DNA of 64,000 nt from an uncultured bacterium (lineage in GTDB: Bacteria > Patescibacteriota > Minisyncoccia > UBA6257 > 2-01-FULL-56-20), in assembly GCA_963807165.1 (NCBI GenBank), contig CAWDZM010000001.1:119963-183962 (forward strand), written 5' to 3'. Below the pieces are notes generated by a model. It ran no database searches and had not been told where the DNA came from. It was given only the letters and a program-made list of their open reading frames with translations. Below, one piece after another: positions 27,754-37,448 of the stretch. The position numbers and the translations under genes are program-made. How positions within the stretch are numbered: the stretch's first letter is position 1; the number at the start of each line of letters is the position of its first letter.

Positions 27754-27889
27754 GAATATCCAAAAAATATTAAAAGGGGTAATCGTCCCGATTTCAAAGG
27801 GTTAGGATGTTTAAATATTAAATCCCCCATTTTGACCAGTTTATGACCATGGACACCCAAAATCTCTGAAATAGCGTATAATGGAGGGT

Positions 27890-28870
27890 ATGATCCCGGA
27901 CGACATAAAAGCCTACGGTAAACAGTTCGATTTTGAGCCAAATATCGAAAACGCCGCCAAACTCAAGAAGTTTGGCAAATTTGTGGTTGTGGGCATGGGC
28001 GGATCTCATTTGGCGGCCGATATCATCAAGGCGTGGCATCCGGAGATCGACATTGTGGTGTGGTCCAATTACGGACTGCCGCCGCTTGCCGAGAAAGACC
28101 TCAAAGAGCGCCTCATCATCTTGAGCTCATATTCGGGAAGCACTGAAGAGGTGCTCGATGCGTTCGCCGTGGCGAAGACAAAGAAACTTTCGATGGTGGC
28201 GCTCGCGACGCACGGAAAATTGATCTCGCTTGCCGATAAGGCAAAGATTCCGTATGTGCGCATTCCGGACACGCACATCCAGCCGCGCATGGCGACGGGT
28301 TTGATGCTCAAAGCGTTGCTTGCGCTGATGGGCGAGAAGAACCTGCTCGCGGAAGCGAAGGCGCTTTCCACTCAGATACATCCGTCGCGGGAAGAGTTGC
28401 GTGGCAAAGATCTCGCGCGGCGCATTCACGGTGTGGTGCCGATTATCTATGCGTCCACGCGCAATCAGGCGCTGGCTTATAACTGGAAGATCAAGTTCAA
28501 CGAGACGAGCAAGATCCCGGCGTTCTATAATATCGTCCCCGAGCTGAACCATAACGAGATGACGAGCTTCGACGTGAAGACGAAAACCATGCCGCTTTCG
28601 CGCAATTTTCATTTTATATTTTTGAAGGATGCGGGCGACGATCGCCGCCTCATTAAGCGCATGAATGTGCTCGAAAAACTGTATCGTGATCGTGGATTCA
28701 AGACAGAGATCATTTTGCTCCAGGGAAAAACGGAACTAAATAAGATTTTTAACGCGCTCAACCTTGCGGATTGGACGGCGTACTATAGCGCAAAGATGTA
28801 TGGCGTGGAAGCGGAGCAGGTGCCGATGGTGGAAGAGTTTAAAAAGCTGATCGCGCGGAACACTCAATAG
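27890..28870 (+). CDS. Bifunctional phosphoglucose/phosphomannose isomerase (SIS fold)
   Basis: VGMGGS, SSYSGSTEE, QPRMA, KFNETSK, PELNHNE. Confidence 0.9.
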   Translation: MIPDDIKAYGKQFDFEPNIENAAKLKKFGKFVVVGMGGSHLAADIIKAWHPEIDIVVWSNYGLPPLAEKDLKERLIILSSYSGSTEEVLDAFAVAKTKKLSMVALATHGKLISLADKAKIPYVRIPDTHIQPRMATGLMLKALLALMGEKNLLAEAKALSTQIHPSREELRGKDLARRIHGVVPIIYASTRNQALAYNWKIKFNETSKIPAFYNIVPELNHNEMTSFDVKTKTMPLSRNFHFIFLKDAGDDRRLIKRMNVLEKLYRDRGFKTEIILLQGKTELNKIFNALNLADWTAYYSAKMYGVEAEQVPMVEEFKKLIARNTQ

Positions 28871-28945
28871 AGAGTGGAGGGTGCGCACCAAATAGTGTAA
28901 GATAATCGTATAGCGAGGTGTAGTAAGCAGCAGTACCTTGTTGTA

Positions 28946-29257
28946 TTGAGAATTCATTTTCATCCCCAGGAGGAAGAAAATTTGAAAAAGAAAAAAGGAA
29001 AGATTTCCGAATTGTTTTCTCCGCTGTTGTTCGCGATGTTTTACCTTGTGGTGTTCTTCTTTTTGAAGTCGCGCTTTCATTTGATGGCAAATTCGATCGG
29101 ACTGGAGCGATTCATCGGACACCAAAACGCGAGCTATGCGCCATCATTTCTGTCAGGGATCGTTACGCTTTTCCTCTTGTACATCGGGTGGCTCTATATA
29201 TCCACGAGGAATAAAGCGAAGTCCTCTTTGCCGGAAAAATACTCCACGCGTCCCTAG
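28946..29257 (+). CDS. Hypothetical membrane protein
   Basis: Two hydrophobic segments; start uncertain. Confidence 0.4.
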   Translation: MRIHFHPQEEENLKKKKGKISELFSPLLFAMFYLVVFFFLKSRFHLMANSIGLERFIGHQNASYAPSFLSGIVTLFLLYIGWLYISTRNKAKSSLPEKYSTRP

Positions 29258-29360
29258 CGTGAAACATTACACCATGCCGTCTATCGTTGCCGGGCGCCTC
29301 ATCGGCACCTGGCAATTTTTTTAGAAACTTTTAACAGCGGCACGGGGTATAATGGAGGAG

Positions 29361-29732
29361 ATGGCATTTCTTAAGAAGCCGATCCAATTGCAGTGGACAC
29401 TCCATGCGCGGGCAAAGATGAACCATTATCGGTTGAGCCCTGCGCGGGTGCGGCACGTGCTCCATTCACCAAAGCGGGTGGAAGAAGGCGTTGCGCCGAA
29501 GACGGTGGCGATGATGCAGCCGGTTTCGATAAAAACCGCCGGTGGCCGGCCGGGCGCTCATCTTGCTCATGCTGGTGCAAAGCCGGAGTCGTGGACGCAG
29601 GAGATCTGGGTGATGGTGCAGGACGTGGCTGGCGCGCGGAAAGTGATCAGCGCGTGGCGCTATCCGGGCGTCACAAAACCCCGGGCACTGGCATTCCTTA
29701 AAAAAGAATATGGCGAATTTATAAATTCATGA
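29361..29732 (+). CDS. Hypothetical protein (BrnT/DUF4258-like fold suspected)
   Basis: WTLHARAKM...EIWVMVQ...VISAWRYPG. Confidence 0.6.
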   Translation: MAFLKKPIQLQWTLHARAKMNHYRLSPARVRHVLHSPKRVEEGVAPKTVAMMQPVSIKTAGGRPGAHLAHAGAKPESWTQEIWVMVQDVAGARKVISAWRYPGVTKPRALAFLKKEYGEFINS

Positions 29733-30172
29733 TCATCACCAGCCCTTCATTTGACGACGGGGGCACGATCCCGAAAAAATTTACGTGCGATGGCGGGGAT
29801 ATGAACCCCGAGCTTTTAATACAAAATGTGCCGATGGAGGCACAAAGCCTCGCGTTGATCCTCCATGATCCAGATGCGCCAATGCCCGGAGGTTTTACGC
29901 ACTGGGTGGTTTGGAATATCGATCCGCGCACGACGATCATCAAAGATGAGAGTATCCCGCCGGGGAGCGTGGAAGGGGAGAATGACGCGCGCCACACCGG
30001 ATATTTTGCCCCTTGCCCGCCGCCCGGAGCGCCGCATCATTATCATTTCCAACTCTATGCGCTCGACGCGGTCCTCGATCTGTCCGAAGGCACGCCCGCA
30101 GCGGCGCTTCGGGCAGAGATCGAAAAACACCTCATCGCGGGCGCAGAGCTCGTTGGAACTTACGGACGATGA
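29729..30172 (+). CDS. YbhB/YbcL (PEBP/Raf kinase inhibitor-like) protein
   Basis: DPDAP, FTHWVVWNI, PCPP, HHYHFQLYALD. Confidence 0.93.
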   Translation: MIITSPSFDDGGTIPKKFTCDGGDMNPELLIQNVPMEAQSLALILHDPDAPMPGGFTHWVVWNIDPRTTIIKDESIPPGSVEGENDARHTGYFAPCPPPGAPHHYHFQLYALDAVLDLSEGTPAAALRAEIEKHLIAGAELVGTYGR

Positions 30173-30789
30173 AAAAAATAAAACAGAGCCTCGCCGAAGT
30201 GCGTGTGGCGCATGCGGCGGACGATGATGCACAACTGATCGCGGCGTTTATGAAGGGTGATGGCGATTCGTTCGCGGCGCTCGTAGACCGGTACATGCCG
30301 ATGGTCTATAAGTTTATCTATCGCTATGCGGGCAACGCCGACGCCGCGAACGATATCGTGCAGGACGTGTTTATTAAAGTATGGAAGAACATTAAAAAAT
30401 TCGATCAGAAAAAGAATTTTAAGACGTGGCTGCTTACTATTGCCAAAAATACCGCACTTGATGCCATCAAAAAGAAAAAAGGAATTTTATTCTCAAGGAT
30501 AGAAGACGGCGAAACCGACCTTGATGCGTTCCTTGCGCCGTACATCGAGAGCCCGGATTTGCCGGACGAATTACTCCAAAAAAAGCAGACGAAGGCGGAG
30601 CTTGCCCGGGTGCTCCAGGAGTTAAATCCTTCCTATCGGAGCGTTCTTTTGTTGCGTTATGCCGAGCATCTGAAGTTCCGGGAAATAGCAGCCACACTCC
30701 AGGAACCCGTCGATACCATCAAAAGCAAACATCGCCGGGCTCTTATCCAATTAAGGGCAATGCTCTCCGGCACCCAAATAGAAGAATAG
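30169..30789 (+). CDS. ECF RNA polymerase sigma factor
   Basis: DIVQDVFIKVW, FKTWLLTIAKN, region 4 FREIA...TIKSKHRRA. Confidence 0.92.
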   Translation: MKKIKQSLAEVRVAHAADDDAQLIAAFMKGDGDSFAALVDRYMPMVYKFIYRYAGNADAANDIVQDVFIKVWKNIKKFDQKKNFKTWLLTIAKNTALDAIKKKKGILFSRIEDGETDLDAFLAPYIESPDLPDELLQKKQTKAELARVLQELNPSYRSVLLLRYAEHLKFREIAATLQEPVDTIKSKHRRALIQLRAMLSGTQIEE

Positions 30790-30800
30790 TTCGTATAATA

Positions 30801-31247
30801 ATGAAAGGTAATCAGACCTCCCTTATGGATATGGATCATCAATTCGAAAAACTTCTCTCCACCTTCCAGGCTCCTGAGCCGCCAGCCGGTTTGACGGAGA
30901 GGATACTGTTGCGGATCGAACGGCACGAACGGCGGGTGCTTGGGTTTAAGATCGCCGCTTCGGCGTGCGCGTTTGGCGTATCGGTAGGCGTTGCAGTAGC
31001 GGGATATATCAATCTGGTCGCGAGCCTTTCGCAGTCGGGATTCTTCCAGATATTCTCGCTTATGTTTTCTGACTTCTCATCGATGGCCGCGAACTTTCCA
31101 GACTTTGCAATATCCCTTACCGAATCATTCCCGATCTTTACGACTGCGTTGCTTTTGGCCGGGGTGATGTTTGCCATCTGGTCCATGGCGGCGCTTATCG
31201 ACGAAGCATCCGTGATGCGTACGGGCAGATTTTTTGCGGCACAATAA
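30801..31247 (+). CDS. Putative membrane anti-sigma factor
   Basis: PPAGLTERIL motif plus TM helices, directly after the ECF sigma gene. Confidence 0.65.
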   Translation: MKGNQTSLMDMDHQFEKLLSTFQAPEPPAGLTERILLRIERHERRVLGFKIAASACAFGVSVGVAVAGYINLVASLSQSGFFQIFSLMFSDFSSMAANFPDFAISLTESFPIFTTALLLAGVMFAIWSMAALIDEASVMRTGRFFAAQ

Positions 31248-31259
31248 TATAAAAATGTA

Positions 31260-31721
31260 ATGAGCAATCTTTTGGAATCAAGAAAGGTGCGGGCGGTGCT
31301 GTATATATTAGGAGGACTGATCGTCCTCTTTGTGGTGTTTGGATTGGGTATCGCCGTCGGATATGACCGCGCGGGGTTCGCCGCAGGCTTCGACCAGAAT
31401 TATTATCGAAATTTTTATGGAGGAGTCCCGCGTGGAGCGGTGGGGATTATGGCACCGCCGATGCCGGTAGCTATCCATGGCGTGGTGGGAATGGTCATTG
31501 ATGTCGGTACGTCTACTATCTCGGTAAAGGATAGCCAAAATAATGAACAGTCGATAGCGGTGTCCTCGGGAACCGCTATCCGGAGCGGCGGAGCCGACAT
31601 TGCGATCGGGGATGTGGCGCCGGGCGATCAAATCGCGGTGATCGGAGAGCCCAATGCCGAAGGCCAGATAGATGCCCGCTTTATTCGCGTGCTTATAACA
31701 TCATCGTCGACCACAAATTAA
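31260..31721 (+). CDS. Membrane-anchored DUF5666-like OB-fold protein
   Basis: TM helix; GDQIAVIG...IDARFI. Confidence 0.6.
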   Translation: MSNLLESRKVRAVLYILGGLIVLFVVFGLGIAVGYDRAGFAAGFDQNYYRNFYGGVPRGAVGIMAPPMPVAIHGVVGMVIDVGTSTISVKDSQNNEQSIAVSSGTAIRSGGADIAIGDVAPGDQIAVIGEPNAEGQIDARFIRVLITSSSTTN

Positions 31722-31738
31722 TTTAATTTTATTTTCAT

Positions 31739-33616
31739 ATGTTCAGCAGTATAAAAAACAAACTGGGCGGCGTAGTGCGATATGCACGGGTGCATAAGAG
31801 TATCTCGGTGATTGTTATCGTTGTGGTCGTCGGTGGCGGATATTATTGGTATAGCGCCGCAAGCGTTGCGCCGACCGTCACAAAGTATGTCGTAGAAAAT
31901 GCGACTGATGGAACGATCGTCTCGTCGGTCTCCGGCACTGGCCAGGTACAGGCGGGCACGACGATCAATGTGGCTGCAAAAGTTTCTGAGACGGTGACTT
32001 CTATACCGGTGACGGTCGGAGAGCATGTTGCCGCGGGGCAAACATTGGTACGTCTTGATCCCACGAACGAGCAACGCGCACTCGCGCAGGCCCAGCTTGC
32101 GCTGGAACAGGCGCAGTTGACCGCGCAGGAAACCGATCAAGTGGCGACGACGACGCTCTTGCAACAGCAGGATGCTGTGACGACGGGTGAACAGGCGGTG
32201 GTGAATGCTTCGACAACGCTTGCCCAGGATTACATCACCGGATTCAATAATCTTGGCGGGACTTTTGTTAATTTACAGACGGTGATCACGGGATTGCAGA
32301 ATTTCATGAAAGGACGGGATGTGAGCGCGAACCAGGATGACCCCGATGCATTCCTCAACTTGATGCCAGTCTATCTTCAGCCAGGACTCACTCCTTATGA
32401 AACCGCTTTGACCGCGCAATATGCGACCGCGCTTGCTGCGTATCAGCAAAACATCACAGATTATCACGCAGTAAGCGCGAGCTCCAGTCCGGCGACACTC
32501 GATGCGCTTTTTGCGGAAACGAATAATACTGCCGAAGCGATCAGTGCGACCGTCAAAGATGGAAAGGATTTCTTTAATTATATATTTAACAACTATCCGG
32601 TCAGCGCGAACGGGAGTCAGGCGTTGCCGGCGGTCACCAACACGTTCCAAACGGATTTCTCCACCTACACAACAACGATGGATAGCGTGGTCTCTGGTTT
32701 ACAGGGCACAATAAGTGGCATCGCCGCAGATCAAAACAGTATCATTAATACGAATAATTCTCTGACGCAGGCGAGCGAGACGCTTGCAGAAACGCTCGCC
32801 GGACCCACACCGACAACGCTTCTTGGTCAGCAGATCAGCCTGCAGACTGCGCAGAACAATCTTACGACCGCGCAGGAAAATCTTGCGTACACATCGGTGA
32901 CTGCCCCGATCTCGGGAATCGTCTCTGCGATTACCGCCACCATCGGTGCTACGCCCGGTTCTAACGCAGTGACGATCGTGGGGGACGGCGAAGTTGCCCA
33001 GGTGACGTTGAACGAGATTGATGCAGCGAAGGTTTCGTTGGGCGACAAAGCAACATTGAACTTCGACGCGATCAGCGGGCTTTCCCTCGCAGGAACGGTC
33101 GTGGAGATCGATCCGGTGGGAACGGTGAGTCAGGGGGTAGTAAGTTACAACGTACAGATCGGTTTTTCTCAGCCGACAGACACCTCGAGTACCGATCAGG
33201 TCAAGCCGGGCATGAGTGTGACGGCAAATATCGTGACGCAAGTGGATCAGAATGTGATCGCCGTGCCGAACGCAGCGATTGTGACGTCAGGCGGTTCATC
33301 ATATATTCTTGAGCCTGCCACTCCACTTTCCGCTACGGATCTTGCATCAAGCGCAAATGGCGGCATCGTGATCGCGGCAACAAAGCAGGTGCCGGTGAGG
33401 CTCGGATTGACGAATGACACGATGTCCGAGGTTTCTTCGGGAGTGAACATTGGCGACCAAATTATCGTGCAAACTATTAAATCTACGACTGCCGCAAAAA
33501 CGACGGCATCGGCAGGCGGCACGAGCGCACTCCAGTTGCTCGGCGGCGCTGGCGGTGGCACTCGGGTAGGCGGCGCTGGCGGCGGTGGATTTACCCGTGG
33601 CGCGGCAATACCATAA
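31739..33616 (+). CDS. Efflux periplasmic adaptor (MacA/HlyD-like, long coiled coil)
   Basis: VSGTGQV, lipoyl halves VTVGEHVAAGQ / TAPISGIV, KPGMSVTA. Confidence 0.88.
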   Translation: MFSSIKNKLGGVVRYARVHKSISVIVIVVVVGGGYYWYSAASVAPTVTKYVVENATDGTIVSSVSGTGQVQAGTTINVAAKVSETVTSIPVTVGEHVAAGQTLVRLDPTNEQRALAQAQLALEQAQLTAQETDQVATTTLLQQQDAVTTGEQAVVNASTTLAQDYITGFNNLGGTFVNLQTVITGLQNFMKGRDVSANQDDPDAFLNLMPVYLQPGLTPYETALTAQYATALAAYQQNITDYHAVSASSSPATLDALFAETNNTAEAISATVKDGKDFFNYIFNNYPVSANGSQALPAVTNTFQTDFSTYTTTMDSVVSGLQGTISGIAADQNSIINTNNSLTQASETLAETLAGPTPTTLLGQQISLQTAQNNLTTAQENLAYTSVTAPISGIVSAITATIGATPGSNAVTIVGDGEVAQVTLNEIDAAKVSLGDKATLNFDAISGLSLAGTVVEIDPVGTVSQGVVSYNVQIGFSQPTDTSSTDQVKPGMSVTANIVTQVDQNVIAVPNAAIVTSGGSSYILEPATPLSATDLASSANGGIVIAATKQVPVRLGLTNDTMSEVSSGVNIGDQIIVQTIKSTTAAKTTASAGGTSALQLLGGAGGGTRVGGAGGGGFTRGAAIP

Positions 33617-33629
33617 CAACAGCCAACGA

Positions 33630-34379
33630 ATGGAAAAAGAAAAGGATATTATTGTCTGCAGGGACATTAAAAAAGCATACGGCATGGGCGAGACGGAAGT
33701 GACGGTCTTAAAGGGGATCACGTTCTCCATAAAAGAAGGGGAGTTCGTGGCGATTATGGGACCATCGGGCTCTGGCAAATCCACATTGATGCATATTCTT
33801 GGAGCACTCGACACGCCGACCAGTGGAGAATATTTTTTGGATGGCAAGGATGTTTCCAAACTTTCGGATGAGGAGCTGGCGGATATCCGGCGCGAAAAAA
33901 TTGGGTTTGTCTTCCAAGCCTTCAACCTACTTCCGCGCACAAGCGTTTTGCGTAACGTTTCTTTGCCGCTTATTTATGCCAATATGCCAAAATTTGAACG
34001 AGAAGAGATTGCAAAGAAGGCGCTTACCGATGCAGCGTTCCCGGAAGCATTCTGGGGTTATCATTCCAACCAAATTTCAGGCGGTATGATGCAACGCGTC
34101 GCGATTGCTCGATCGCTTGTGAATAATCCGGCGCTCATCCTTGCCGATGAGCCGACGGGAAATCTTGATTCCAAGACTGGCGAGATCGTGTTGCATACGT
34201 TTCAGAATCTCAACATGACACAGGGGAAGACGGTGGTGCTCATCACTCACGAGCCATATGTGGCGGAGCATGCCGACCGCATCATCCACATTCTTGACGG
34301 CAATATCGTGACCGACGAAAAAAACCATAAAAAGCGCATTGCGCGCAACGAAAAAGATATTCCCCATGACAACACGTGA
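33630..34379 (+). CDS. ABC transporter ATP-binding protein (MacB/LolD-like)
   Basis: [33 protein letters not shown]. Confidence 0.95.
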   Translation: MEKEKDIIVCRDIKKAYGMGETEVTVLKGITFSIKEGEFVAIMGPSGSGKSTLMHILGALDTPTSGEYFLDGKDVSKLSDEELADIRREKIGFVFQAFNLLPRTSVLRNVSLPLIYANMPKFEREEIAKKALTDAAFPEAFWGYHSNQISGGMMQRVAIARSLVNNPALILADEPTGNLDSKTGEIVLHTFQNLNMTQGKTVVLITHEPYVAEHADRIIHILDGNIVTDEKNHKKRIARNEKDIPHDNT

Positions 34380-35610
34380 TCTTTTAGAGGAAACATGGAG
34401 CGCAGTGACCGTCAACAAAGTACGGTCCGGTTTGACGATGCTTGGCATCGTGATCGGCATCGCATCCGTGATCGCGCTCGTCGCGGTCGGACAGGGCTCG
34501 CAGGCGTCCATCCAGGCAAGCGTTGATTCCCTCGGCGCCAATTTGGTCATGATCACGCCGGGCGCAACGGCATCGTTCGGCTCCGGCGTTCGCGCCGCCG
34601 CGGGCAGTGCGCAGACGCTCACGCCCGACGATGCGACCGCGATCGCTTCCGTCAATAACGTTGCGGCCGTCGCGCCGGAGGTGAGCGGTCGCTATCAAGT
34701 CATCTATAAAGGAGAAAACACCAACACAAGTGTGATGGGGACGACCCCGGCATACGAGCAGGTGCGTGATATTTCGATCGACACAGGAAATTTCTTTAGC
34801 GATACCGATGTGACTGATTCAAATCGCGTGGCGGTGATCGGTCCCACGGTATTGCAAACGCTTTTCGCGCCGAGCGCCGATGCGAGCGCGACGCCCGATA
34901 TGGCGATCGGGGCTACCATCCAGATAAAAGGAAATGAGTTTACGGTAATCGGGGTGACGGTTGCGAAGGGTGGAAGTGGATTCAGCAATCAGGATGACAT
35001 GATTTATGTTCCGCTGAATACCGCCCAGCACTATCTTTTGGGAAGCAGTGCATATGTGACAGAAGTTGATGTGGAGGCGTCGACCCAGAGCGCGATGACG
35101 CAGGTGCAGAACGATATCACGACGCTTCTGCTCCAGCGCCATAACATCGCCCTTCCGACGCAGGCCGACTTTACCGTACTAAACCAGGCAAGTATTGTTT
35201 CCACAGCATCGAGCGTCACCGGCACATTTACGACGCTTCTTGCCGCCATCGCGGCAATCTCGCTTGTGGTTGGTGGTATCGGCATCATGAATATGATGCT
35301 TACGACCGTGACCGAGCGCACGCGCGAGATCGGTTTGCGCAAAGCGATCGGCGCAAAAAAGCAGGACATCACGCTCCAGTTCCTCGCCGAGTCGGTGATG
35401 CTTACCTTTGGCGGCGGATTGATCGGGATTATTTTGGGCTGGGCAGCGGCAACGGCCATATCCCTCGTCACCGGTGTCGCCACGAGTGTATCCATTCCTT
35501 ATATCTTGCTCGCATTCTTCGTCTCGGCCGCGATCGGCATCATCTTTGGATATTATCCTGCGCGGCGTGCAGCCGGTTTAAATCCGATCGAGGCTCTTCG
35601 CTATGAATAA
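34366..35610 (+). CDS. ABC transporter permease (MacB/FtsX-like)
   Basis: RSGLTMLGIVIG, GGIGIMNMML, ERTREIGLRKAIGA, NPIEALRYE. Confidence 0.95.
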   Translation: MTTRDLLEETWSAVTVNKVRSGLTMLGIVIGIASVIALVAVGQGSQASIQASVDSLGANLVMITPGATASFGSGVRAAAGSAQTLTPDDATAIASVNNVAAVAPEVSGRYQVIYKGENTNTSVMGTTPAYEQVRDISIDTGNFFSDTDVTDSNRVAVIGPTVLQTLFAPSADASATPDMAIGATIQIKGNEFTVIGVTVAKGGSGFSNQDDMIYVPLNTAQHYLLGSSAYVTEVDVEASTQSAMTQVQNDITTLLLQRHNIALPTQADFTVLNQASIVSTASSVTGTFTTLLAAIAAISLVVGGIGIMNMMLTTVTERTREIGLRKAIGAKKQDITLQFLAESVMLTFGGGLIGIILGWAAATAISLVTGVATSVSIPYILLAFFVSAAIGIIFGYYPARRAAGLNPIEALRYE

Positions 35611-35657
35611 AAAGTCGAAAAAATAAAAAGATTAAAAAATTATTAAATAAAAAAAAT

Positions 35658-36086
35658 ATGAAAAAATATACCGTTCACATTGTTTGGTTAGTGATCGCAC
35701 TGGTAGCATTAGGCGGGGGATACTTCTGGGGAAAGGCAAGCGCCGTACCAACGCGCACGGGATTTGCCGGTGCAGGGACATTTGGTTCTTCTACGCGCAG
35801 GCTGGCAGGCGGTGCGGCAGGGGGAGGATTTACTACGGGGCAGATCCTGACGATGGATAGCTCGAGTATCACACTTCAACTCCCGAACGGAAATTCGCAG
35901 GTGGTATTTTATTCCAGTTCAACGATGGTATCCGAGCCGACGATGGTATCGCCGAGCGCGCTCAAGACGGGAACCATGGTGATGGTGGGAGGAACATCAA
36001 ATTCCGACGGCAGTTTGACCGCAACAACGATTCAGGTGCGCACGAGCGGTACTGCCGGGGGCGCTCCTACGGGAGCCGGACAATAG
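35658..36086 (+). CDS. Membrane-anchored DUF5666-like protein
   Basis: TM helix; LKTGTMVMVGG...DGSLTATTIQ. Confidence 0.65.
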   Translation: MKKYTVHIVWLVIALVALGGGYFWGKASAVPTRTGFAGAGTFGSSTRRLAGGAAGGGFTTGQILTMDSSSITLQLPNGNSQVVFYSSSTMVSEPTMVSPSALKTGTMVMVGGTSNSDGSLTATTIQVRTSGTAGGAPTGAGQ

Positions 36087-36100
36087 ACAGTCGATAGCAT

Positions 36101-36130
36101 AAAAAACCTCCGTGCGCACGGAGGTTTTTT
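36101..36130. terminator. Bidirectional intrinsic terminator
   Basis: Perfect palindrome AAAAAACCTCCGTGCGCACGGAGGTTTTTT. Confidence 0.8.
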
Positions 36131-36242
36131 AGTTATGCACAACGCAGGATTTGTCCATAAGAAAAGAGTTATATAATACGCGTATGGTCTGCCGCGGATC
36201 ACTGGTCGGCGGTTTCAGCGTTCCTTGCCAAATACTTTTACG

Positions 36243-37448
36243 ATGCCGATAAAAAAAGCCAGCACAAAAAAGCCAGGACTTCAAAAGGAAAAAACGATGC
36301 GCAAAAAAGTTGCGCCGGTATCTCGCGCGCAACGGCAGAAAAAATTGCTTCGTATCGTTCAGCGCGCAAAGCCGATCGTGATACAAAAACGGGTGCATCA
36401 ACTTGAACGGCATGAGAGCAATCCGATCATCGAACCGCGCCCGGCGAATTATTGGGAGATGAAGGCGACATTCAACCCCGGTGCGATCTATGCCGACCAC
36501 CGTGTCCACTTGCTCTATCGCGCGATCGGCGGCGATGATGTTTCGGTGTTGGGGTACGCCGCGAGTGATGACGGCGTTTCATTTGCCGAACGGCCGAATG
36601 AACCGGCGTATCGTCCATTCACTATAAAGAGTACGACGCCAAAGAAACAACAAAAAATGCTCAGCCCCGCATATTTTTCCGGCGGGGGATGGAACGGCGG
36701 ATGCGAAGACCCGCGCCTCACACTCATTGATGACACGGTCTACCTTACCTATACCGCGTTCGATGGCTGGGGTTCGATCCGCATCGCGCTTTCCTCGATC
36801 GGACTCGAAGATTTTTTGAATAAACAGTGGAAGTGGAAGAAGCCGGCGATGATATCGCCGCCCGGACAGATCCATAAAAACTGGGTGATCTTTCCGGAGA
36901 AGATCCATGGAAAGTTTGCGATCCTGCACGGGATTACGCCGGAGGTGCTCGTTGAGTATGTTGACTCGTTGGATTTTGATGACTCTGCTTTTATTAAAAG
37001 CTCACGGCCTTCCAATGATAGAGTGGAGCTTCGGAAGGGAGTGTGGGATAGTCGCGTGAGGGGAGTGGGCCCGTCGCCGATGAAGACCAGTGAAGGATGG
37101 CTGGTGCTCTATCACGCGATTGATGAGGAGCACGATCCGGGTCGCTATAAACTTGGCGCGATGATCCTTGCCCTCGATGATCCGACAAAAGTGCTCTATC
37201 GTTCGCGCATGCCGATCCTTGAACCGGATTTTGATTATGAGAACAGCGGGTTCAAGGCGGGCGTGGTCTATTCCTGTGGCGCGGTCATAAAAGACGGCGA
37301 GCTCTATGTCTATTACGGCGGTGCCGACTCGGTGACGTGCGTCGCGATGGCGAACCTGAAAAAATTTTTACATGAGCTCAAAATACACGGCGCGCCAAAG
37401 TTACAGCAAGAAAAAACAACGGCACCAAAGACCAATGGCTGGCGCTAA
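36243..37448 (+). CDS. GH130-family glycosidase/phosphorylase (one domain, basic N-terminal extension)
   Basis: NPII, FNPGA, GCEDPR, KNW, LYH, YYGGADS. Confidence 0.88.
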   Translation: MPIKKASTKKPGLQKEKTMRKKVAPVSRAQRQKKLLRIVQRAKPIVIQKRVHQLERHESNPIIEPRPANYWEMKATFNPGAIYADHRVHLLYRAIGGDDVSVLGYAASDDGVSFAERPNEPAYRPFTIKSTTPKKQQKMLSPAYFSGGGWNGGCEDPRLTLIDDTVYLTYTAFDGWGSIRIALSSIGLEDFLNKQWKWKKPAMISPPGQIHKNWVIFPEKIHGKFAILHGITPEVLVEYVDSLDFDDSAFIKSSRPSNDRVELRKGVWDSRVRGVGPSPMKTSEGWLVLYHAIDEEHDPGRYKLGAMILALDDPTKVLYRSRMPILEPDFDYENSGFKAGVVYSCGAVIKDGELYVYYGGADSVTCVAMANLKKFLHELKIHGAPKLQQEKTTAPKTNGWR

